A DNA stretch of 64,000 nt from Bacteroidales bacterium UBA1715. GTDB taxonomy: Bacteria; Bacteroidota; Bacteroidia; Bacteroidales; UBA1715. Below are positions 58,234-64,000 of the stretch, one piece after another (position 1 is the first letter of the stretch; each line of letters begins with the position of its first letter). The notes under the pieces are model-generated. The model had not been told where the DNA came from. It did no database searches and saw nothing but the letters and a program-made list of their open reading frames with translations. Where the stretch lies: contig DCIX01000006.1 of the NCBI GenBank assembly GCA_002317135.1, forward strand, positions 743 to 64,742, read 5' to 3'. The translations under genes were made by a program, and so were the position numbers.

Positions 58234-58491
58234 TTAAAAATTCGTATCCATTGTTGTATATTCCGATTCGCAATCAGTAGTAACAGAATCCACTACTTGT
58301 TTTGTTAAATCTGCAGTGTCGGCAATTTCCTTCAACTTACCATAGAGACAATCACAAAACATTGGTGTTTGTTCACCATAAAAGACTGCATAGTCTTTAT
58401 TTTCCAAGCAATCTTGCTTTACATTTTCCGGCGTTGGTTTACAAGCAACTGCAAAAGAACATATTCCTATAAAGAAAAGTATTTTTTTCAT
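58234..58491 (-). CDS. Small Cys-containing lipoprotein, unknown function
   Basis: 85 aa with lipobox FAVAC. It lies 20 nt downstream of the GH gene on the same strand. Confidence 0.5.
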   Translation of the reverse strand: MKKILFFIGICSFAVACKPTPENVKQDCLENKDYAVFYGEQTPMFCDCLYGKLKEIADTADLTKQVVDSVTTDCESEYTTMDTNF

Positions 58492-58511
58492 AGCACTTTA
58501 TTTTCAAAAAA

Positions 58512-60404
58512 CTACTGTTTCACAAACGATTTAGTTTCTATTGTATTGTCATTAAACTGAATTTTTGCAACATAAGCACCAGCTTTTAATTGAGAAACAT
58601 CCATTGTTGCCATTGTGTTATCAACAATCTTTGACAATTGAATTGTACCGGCGACATTCAATATCGTCACCGTATTTATTTCTTTTGATGAAGCTACCAA
58701 CAATTCATCTGTACAAGGATTTGGATACAAAACCAAAGATGGAATTTCTACATCAATACATGAATCAGACGACAACACTTGTTCTTTTGATAAAAGAACC
58801 GCTGTCATAGAATATGCAGGCAAAGAGAGCGAAAATTTGTTATCAAGAACATTAACATCTAAAGCATGCAAAGCATTTTGATTATGTGAAATAAATGTCT
58901 CTTTGGAATCAGGCAAATCAGCCAATTGAAGAGCAACATATGTACCTTTTTCTATAGAGAAGTTTTCTATTGTAGTTGACACTTGCATTGTTTTTTCTGC
59001 ACGATTTACAAAAATCACTGTCATAGAATCACAACTTTCATTCTTTGAAGTATACGCAGAAACCATTGCCTCATTATTTGAGACAGAAGAAACATTTATA
59101 CCTTTAGAATATCGAGCAAACAAGTGGACAGTTTCCCACATACCATATTTCCAACTCCAAGGAATAAAAAATTCCATACCGTTTCGAGCGCCTTCTCCTA
59201 TATTCGAAGCATAAGCCAACGCCGTTACCATAGCATTTTTTGAGGGAACATCTTTTGTATTGTACTCAGATATTCCATATGTTATTTCATAATATTTTCC
59301 AAAATATTTATCTATCCATTCTTGACAACGAACAAACACGGCTTCCGTTGTTACGGAATTATCCCATGTTTTGCCTTTTGGAACATTAACCTGTTTCACA
59401 CCATTCGCCCTTGGATATTGGAAATCCGTATCCCAATACATTCGGTGCGTTTGAAGTATGTCTGCAGCATTATTATCTTCCGGATAATTATGTATATCAA
59501 ACACATCTATCATTTTCACCCCACTTTTCTTTTCTTCCTCGGCACAACGCAAAATAAAATATTCCAACCAAGTATATTTCACCCCATTATATACAGGGAA
59601 TCCACCTGAAGGCATATACCAAGTCCATTCCGAAGCAGCAACCGGTCCACAAATTTTTATGTCAGGAAATAACTCTCTTGCCTTCTTAACTGCTGCAAAA
59701 TAATTTTGCATCATCATCTCATACACGTCATTATTGACTACAGAGAATATATCATCGTGAGTTGACCCCCATATTTCAAACTCATTATCCATATTCCAAT
59801 ATTTGAATTGGGACAAGTCCAAATTCAAATCATTCTTCCAATGGTTTAGAATCTCCACAGTTGAATCCATTGGCCAGTCTTGTGTATACAAATGATAATC
59901 TCCATTTGTAAATGAATATGACCCATCACTATTTTTAGTAAAAGTTCCGCCTCCGCAAAGATTTTTCGAGCAACCTTCCCAACGTTGAGAACGATTATAT
60001 TCCCAATCTTTAAAATTGTATGCATTGGTACTTGCTACACGACCGCACAATTGGAATGCAAACATTCCCTGCATGGCAGAAGACTTACTCAACGTCTGCG
60101 CCACGGTATCCCAATCACAAGCATATACATTATTGTACCAATCTGGATGACAAGTTAATTTCTTACGCCAATTATAGTTTGTTGCGTTATTACCATTATT
60201 TTGTCTAGTCATATTTAAACCAGCCTCTTTGGCAAGCAACAATTCTGTATTTACATTTGCGATATCGTTAATAGCACGATTTTTTGCATACAAATATGGA
60301 GAAATTGTACGATTTCCTTCATCTGCATTTATAGTTACCGTAACCTGACAAAAGCAACCTAATGTTGCCAACACAAATAAAGAAAGTAATATTGTTTTTT
60401 TCAT
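58512..60404 (-). CDS. Secreted clan GH-A glycoside hydrolase, GH44-like, with T9SS C-terminal domain
   Basis: The start was set to MKKTILLSLFVLATLGCFCQ (ATG at 60404). YWNMDNEFEIWGSTHDD resembles the GH44 acid/base motif (LDNEPxLWxxTH). The C-terminal tail is LVLYPNPCTDELLV...GAYVAKIQFNDNTIETKSFVKQ. The GH family assignment is tentative. Confidence 0.6.
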   Translation of the reverse strand: MKKTILLSLFVLATLGCFCQVTVTINADEGNRTISPYLYAKNRAINDIANVNTELLLAKEAGLNMTRQNNGNNATNYNWRKKLTCHPDWYNNVYACDWDTVAQTLSKSSAMQGMFAFQLCGRVASTNAYNFKDWEYNRSQRWEGCSKNLCGGGTFTKNSDGSYSFTNGDYHLYTQDWPMDSTVEILNHWKNDLNLDLSQFKYWNMDNEFEIWGSTHDDIFSVVNNDVYEMMMQNYFAAVKKARELFPDIKICGPVAASEWTWYMPSGGFPVYNGVKYTWLEYFILRCAEEEKKSGVKMIDVFDIHNYPEDNNAADILQTHRMYWDTDFQYPRANGVKQVNVPKGKTWDNSVTTEAVFVRCQEWIDKYFGKYYEITYGISEYNTKDVPSKNAMVTALAYASNIGEGARNGMEFFIPWSWKYGMWETVHLFARYSKGINVSSVSNNEAMVSAYTSKNESCDSMTVIFVNRAEKTMQVSTTIENFSIEKGTYVALQLADLPDSKETFISHNQNALHALDVNVLDNKFSLSLPAYSMTAVLLSKEQVLSSDSCIDVEIPSLVLYPNPCTDELLVASSKEINTVTILNVAGTIQLSKIVDNTMATMDVSQLKAGAYVAKIQFNDNTIETKSFVKQ

Positions 60405-60525
60405 AGCTAGATCCTTTTGACAAACGAACATTACACAAAAATACAACAATTTATGTCAATGGTTATACCATAAGAAAGGAAAAATTCTATTACATTTAAC
60501 CCACAAAAATTTTAGGTATATAAGA

Positions 60526-61461
60526 ATGAACCAAGAATCTGTAAATTGTTTAATAATAGGCAGTGGTCCAGCAGGTTACACTGCAGCCATCTATGCTTCA
60601 AGAGCAAACCTACAACCTGTTTTATATGAAGGTTTTCAAAGTGGAGGACAGTTAACTACAACTAACGAAGTAGAAAACTTCCCAGGATATCCTGAAGGTG
60701 TAAATGGTATGGCTATGATGGAAGACATTCGTAACCAAGCACTTAAATTTGGTGCTGACATTCGCGAAGGCGTTGCTACATCTGTTCAACTGAGCGATAC
60801 AGAAAAGAAAGTTATTATTGACGACAATTTAGAGATTACCGCAAATGTTGTTATCATTGCCACTGGTGCTTCTGCACGCTATTTAGGTTTGGAAAGCGAA
60901 CGTAAATATCGCGAATTAGGTGGCGGAGTTTCTGCCTGCGCCGTTTGCGATGGTTTCTTCTATAGAAAGAAAACAGTTGCTGTTGTTGGTGGCGGCGACA
61001 CTGCAGTAGGAGACGCATTGTATTTGGCTGGACTTGCATCAAAAGTATATTTGATCGTGCGCAAAAATTTTCTACGTGCATCAAAAGTTCTACAAGAACG
61101 CATTACCAATACCCCTAATGTTGAAATTCTTTTTGAACACATAACAAAAGAAGTTCTTGGTAATGAATCATTTGTAACGGGCCTTCGTTTAGAAAAGCAA
61201 GGTAATGAAGAAGTTATCATAGATGTAGACGGACTATTCCTTGCTATCGGTCACAAACCAAACACCGACATTTTCAAAGACCAAATTACATTGGATGAAA
61301 ACGGCTACATTGTAACAGAAGGCAAAGGTTCTAAAACAAACATAGAAGGCGTATTTGCTTGTGGCGACGTTCAAGACCCAACATATCGTCAAGCAATAAC
61401 AGCAGCGGCTTCTGGTTGCAAAGCAGCACTTGATGCAGAACATTATTTACAGTCAAAATAA
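60526..61461 (+). CDS. trxB: Thioredoxin-disulfide reductase
   Basis: 311 aa. Motifs are IIGSGPAGYTAAIY, redox CAVCDG, GGGDTA and GVFACGDV. Confidence 0.95.
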   Translation: MNQESVNCLIIGSGPAGYTAAIYASRANLQPVLYEGFQSGGQLTTTNEVENFPGYPEGVNGMAMMEDIRNQALKFGADIREGVATSVQLSDTEKKVIIDDNLEITANVVIIATGASARYLGLESERKYRELGGGVSACAVCDGFFYRKKTVAVVGGGDTAVGDALYLAGLASKVYLIVRKNFLRASKVLQERITNTPNVEILFEHITKEVLGNESFVTGLRLEKQGNEEVIIDVDGLFLAIGHKPNTDIFKDQITLDENGYIVTEGKGSKTNIEGVFACGDVQDPTYRQAITAAASGCKAALDAEHYLQSK

Positions 61462-61479
61462 AAACACATACATACAACA

Positions 61480-62787
61480 ATGCAAAAGAAAATCACACCA
61501 GTCGTATTACTAACTGGTTATCTAGGTAGTGGAAAAACCACATTGGTTAACCATATTCTATCAAATAAAAAAGGCATAAAATTCGCCGTAATTGTAAACG
61601 ATATTGGCGAAGTAAACATCGATGCTGACCTTATTCAAAAAGGTGGCGTGGTTGGTAAAAAAGACGAAAGCCTTGTCGCACTACAAAACGGTTGTATTTG
61701 CTGTACACTTAAAATGGACCTCATCGAACAATTGAATGAGATTCTAAAAATGGACAGATTTGATTATATCGTGATTGAAGCAAGCGGTATTTGCGAGCCT
61801 GAACCTATCGCAAGAACAATCTGCTCTATTCCACAAATGGAAGCTGAATACACACAATACGGCATTGCAAATCTTGACTGCATCGTCACAGTTGTTGACG
61901 CATTGCGTATGCAAAGTGAATTCGACTGCGGAAAAGATTTAACAAAAAAGAATATTGATGACGAAGACATTGAAAATCTTCTTATTCAACAAATCGAGTT
62001 CTGTAATCTTGTAATTTTAAACAAAGTAAGCGAAGTTTCGCCTGCAGAATTGGAACGAGTTAAACAAATTATACAAGCATTGCGTCCAAATACTAAGATT
62101 ATCGAAGCTGATTATGCGAATGTCGATTTAGACCAAATTATCTATACAGAATTATTCGACTACAACAATGTAGCCGTTAGTGCAGGGTGGATAAAAGAAA
62201 TAGAAAGACAAGCAACAGAAGAAGAGGAACGCGAAGCAAAAGCTGATCATCACCATCACCATCATCATCACGATGAACATGAGGAACATGAACATCATTG
62301 TCATCACCATGACCACGATGAAGAAGAACACGAACATCACCACCATCATGGCGAAGGAGAATGCGATGACCCACATTGCCACTGTCATCACCACCACCAC
62401 GAAGGCGGTGAAGTTGAAGAATACGGAATCGGTACATTTGTTTACTATCGACGAAAAGCATTCGATGCTATTAAATTCGAAGACTATGTAACAAAGAAAT
62501 GGCCAAAATCTATTATTCGTGCCAAAGGCGTATGCTATTTCAATGACAATCCAGATATGTCTTACCTATTTGAACAAGCTGGCGTACAAAAGAAATTGAC
62601 AGAAGCTGGACTTTGGTTTGCTACTGCCCCAAAAGAAGAATTCGAAAAACTTGTTCAACAAGAACCAGGAATCCTTCGCGATTGGGATGAGACATACGGC
62701 GACCGTATGGAGAAAATCGTATTCATCGGACAAAAAATGGATAAAGAACAAATCACAAGAGATTTGGACAACTGTCTAAATGAATAA
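61480..62787 (+). CDS. COG0523 (CobW/YeiR/ZigA-like) metallochaperone GTPase with extreme His-rich insert
   Basis: 435 aa. Walker A is GYLGSGKTT and the metal-binding CxCC is GCICCT. ViEaSG is present and a CobW_C-like C-terminal domain follows the His tract. Confidence 0.9.
   Translation: MQKKITPVVLLTGYLGSGKTTLVNHILSNKKGIKFAVIVNDIGEVNIDADLIQKGGVVGKKDESLVALQNGCICCTLKMDLIEQLNEILKMDRFDYIVIEASGICEPEPIARTICSIPQMEAEYTQYGIANLDCIVTVVDALRMQSEFDCGKDLTKKNIDDEDIENLLIQQIEFCNLVILNKVSEVSPAELERVKQIIQALRPNTKIIEADYANVDLDQIIYTELFDYNNVAVSAGWIKEIERQATEEEEREAKADHHHHHHHHDEHEEHEHHCHHHDHDEEEHEHHHHHGEGECDDPHCHCHHHHHEGGEVEEYGIGTFVYYRRKAFDAIKFEDYVTKKWPKSIIRAKGVCYFNDNPDMSYLFEQAGVQKKLTEAGLWFATAPKEEFEKLVQQEPGILRDWDETYGDRMEKIVFIGQKMDKEQITRDLDNCLNE
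62248..62400 (+). other. His-rich low-complexity coding tract inside the COG0523 gene
   Basis: Hand-translated codons give 29 His and 4 Cys, with the rest mostly Asp/Glu, in 51 residues (HHHHHHHHDEHEEHEHHCHHHDHDEEEHEHHHHHGEGECDDPHCHCHHHHH). Confidence 0.95.
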
Positions 62788-62837
62788 AAGTAAACCTAAA
62801 TTCCGCAACACTTTGATCTAAATTAAATTATAAGTTC

Positions 62838-62866
62838 CTGAGCAACAAAAAGTTGCCCAGTATTTT
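62838..62866 (+). terminator. Terminator candidate after the COG0523 gene
   Basis: The stem is ctgagcaac / gttgcccag (9 bp with one mismatch), the loop is aaaaa, and tatttt follows. Confidence 0.4.
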
Positions 62867-62894
62867 GCCATGTCAGATTTTTCACTTATCTTAG

Positions 62895-63137
62895 TGTTGC
62901 AAATCAGATGCCCAGGGGGTAGCTATGCTGGCTAAAGCCATCCCGAACCAGAAAGCCACGGCATTCCTCGAATGGCTCACTTATAGCGACAATACCATTG
63001 ATAGGCAGAGCCGAAAGAAGGCTTACACCCTCTTTGAGAGCAATCTGCTTGACACCATCCCCGTGGGTACGGTGAAGGGACTACAGCAGATACATGGCTA
63101 TCTCTTTGGCGGACTGTATGACTTTGGCTCGACATGA
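62895..63137 (+). pseudogene. Truncated Fic-family (Fido) gene remnant: N-terminal region only, catalytic motif missing
   Basis: The frame is open from 62895 and the track ORF is 62925..63137. ..[38 protein letters not shown] resembles the N-terminal region of small Fic proteins; I recall NmFic as ..[39 protein letters not shown]. The ORF stops 3 codons later, before any HPFxxGNGR motif. Confidence 0.6.
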
Positions 63138-63165
63138 TCTAACTCCCCGATATCAAGCTACCCCC
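62915..63165. repeat. 10-bp perfect inverted repeat bracketing the Fic remnant
   Basis: gggggtagct at 62915-62924 and agctaccccc at 63156-63165. The right arm overlaps the last codons of lrgB (..MGVA). Confidence 0.5.
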
Positions 63166-63848
63166 ATCAGCCTAAGCACATAGGGGGTCAATAGCGCCGT
63201 GAGCACACCGTTCAGGATCAGTCCGAGCGAGGCGTATGCACCATAGGTGTCGCCTTTCTCCATGGCCCGCGATGTGCCTACGGCGTGACTTGCTGCGCCC
63301 AAGCCTAAACCCTGGGAGTAGGGGTTGCGCACATGCCAGACCTCCAGCATCTTGAAGCCTAAGACCGCACCTAACAGCCCCACACAGACCACGATAGCCG
63401 CCGTCAGCGAGGGGATGCCTCCCGCCGCCGAGCAGACCTCCATCGCAATGGGGGTGGTCACCGACTTCGGTGCCAGCGAGATGATCACCTCACGCGAAGC
63501 GCCCATCCATCGAGCAATGAGCACCACGCTGACCAATCCCACCAGACAACCCACCAGCTGCGACACAATGATAGGCACAAACTGTCGGCGTATCTGCCCC
63601 AGGTGCTGGTACAACGGCACCCCCAGCGCCACGATAGCCGGTTTCAGCCAGAAGTCGATATAGCGGCCACCCTCTTGGTAGGTATCGTAGCTGATGCCTG
63701 TCAGCTTCAGGAATACAATCAGCACCGCAATCGTCACCAGAATCGGATTGAGCACCACCCAGCCCGTCCACTTCTGCAGTTGTCGGGCACCATAATAGAC
63801 GCCGAAAGTCAGGGCCAATAGTACAATATTATTGCTCAGCAGTTCCAT
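63153..63848 (-). CDS. lrgB: LrgB/CidB-family membrane protein
   Basis: 231 aa, polytopic. Segments LNPILV, LKPAIVALGVPLY, LAPKSVTTPIAME and GLGAASHAVGTSRA are LrgB-like. Codon usage is GC-rich. Confidence 0.85.
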   Translation of the reverse strand: MELLSNNIVLLALTFGVYYGARQLQKWTGWVVLNPILVTIAVLIVFLKLTGISYDTYQEGGRYIDFWLKPAIVALGVPLYQHLGQIRRQFVPIIVSQLVGCLVGLVSVVLIARWMGASREVIISLAPKSVTTPIAMEVCSAAGGIPSLTAAIVVCVGLLGAVLGFKMLEVWHVRNPYSQGLGLGAASHAVGTSRAMEKGDTYGAYASLGLILNGVLTALLTPYVLRLMGVA

Positions 63849-64000
63849 AGTTTTTCTTTTTATTATCCGCTTTATTCTTCAGCAGCTGATGTGTCCAGCC
63901 CGTAGCCACCAACACCAGAATCGTGCTGATCACCGTTGCCACAACAATAGGCAGCAGCTCTGCCTGGATGATATCGAAGTAAAGCATCAGCGCCACTCCC
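63829..64000 (-). CDS. lrgA: LrgA/CidA-family holin-like protein, C-terminal fragment (gene starts beyond right edge)
   Basis: Hand translation of the reverse strand gives ..GVALMLYFDIIQAELLPIVVATVISTILVLVATGWTHQLLKNKADNKKKNYGTAEQ*. It overlaps the lrgB start by 20 nt. Confidence 0.6.
   Translation of the reverse strand, partial: GVALMLYFDIIQAELLPIVVATVISTILVLVATGWTHQLLKNKADNKKKNYGTAEQ

Noticed and set aside
62152-62491. ORFs of 82, 94 and 72 aa overlapping the His-rich tract (MVVVMTVAMW.., ..GGGDDSGNVGH.., MNMRNMNIIV..)
   Set aside because: They are artefacts of the CAY/GAY codon repeat read in other frames or on the other strand. The COG0523 frame is continuous through the tract and has flanking conserved domains.
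63325-63771. 112-aa plus-strand and 93-aa minus-strand alternate-frame ORFs within lrgB
   Set aside because: High-GC DNA suppresses stop codons in off-frames. LrgB motifs are present only in the 63153-63848 minus frame.
1-64000. Search by eye for CRISPR arrays, rRNA, tRNA (T-loop GTTCGAATC-type strings), transposase or integrase genes, and riboswitch-sized leaders
   Set aside because: None was recognised. Intergenic gaps are mostly under 150 bp. The two long gaps (9881-10261 and 21014-21370) show no repeat-spacer periodicity or cloverleaf potential. A computational scan (tRNAscan-SE, Infernal/Rfam, CRISPR finders) is still needed to be sure.

Overview
This is a densely coding, low-GC chromosomal segment; 60-nt lines I hand-counted are about 32-35% GC. 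Gene content and promoter motifs are Bacteroidota-like, probably Bacteroidales. From left to right it holds the following.

1. A minus-strand operon of secreted or surface proteins (1-9880): a 1554-aa Cys-rich giant protein with a dockerin-like tail, two roughly 800-aa BNR/Asp-box propeller paralogues with T9SS C-terminal domains, and a fourth secreted protein that runs off the left edge.
2. A housekeeping block: nusB, DUF1573, cstA, a HAD hydrolase, a short UvrA paralogue, three FKBP isomerases, clpX, an M42 peptidase, a membrane LytTR protein, plsC, an RsmI-like methyltransferase, an LptF/G permease and YqeY.
3. The type IX secretion core operon porP-gldK-gldL-gldM-gldN (26.3-32.3 kb). A gldI-like FKBP lipoprotein and a porT-like barrel lie elsewhere. 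At least five proteins in the window carry T9SS C-terminal sorting domains.
4. An M23 peptidase, a UvrD-family helicase, DUF4290, murA (Asp at the fosfomycin-target position) and an LRR/PKD surface protein.
5. A beta-mannan-type cluster with no SusC/SusD: two GH5-like enzymes, a GPH symporter and GH130.
6. A minus-strand block: TIGR01212 radical SAM, Nudix, NifX-like, a sigma-70 factor, an FAD oxidoreductase, porT-like and ubiE.
7. A membrane protein, Ldh_2, dapF, metF, ABC-F, a GH44-like T9SS cargo, trxB, and a COG0523 GTPase with 29 His in 51 residues.
8. An abrupt switch at about 62.91 kb to DNA of about 58-70% GC. It carries a truncated Fic-type remnant and lrgA/lrgB and runs off the right edge.

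I recognised no rRNA, tRNA, CRISPR array, transposase or integrase. I cannot point to an unambiguous new system. The best candidates for follow-up are the surface operon at 1-9880, including its mosaic gene-conversion signature and dockerin-like tail, and the compositional junction at the right edge. All family calls come from motif recognition by eye and need HMM or BLAST confirmation.
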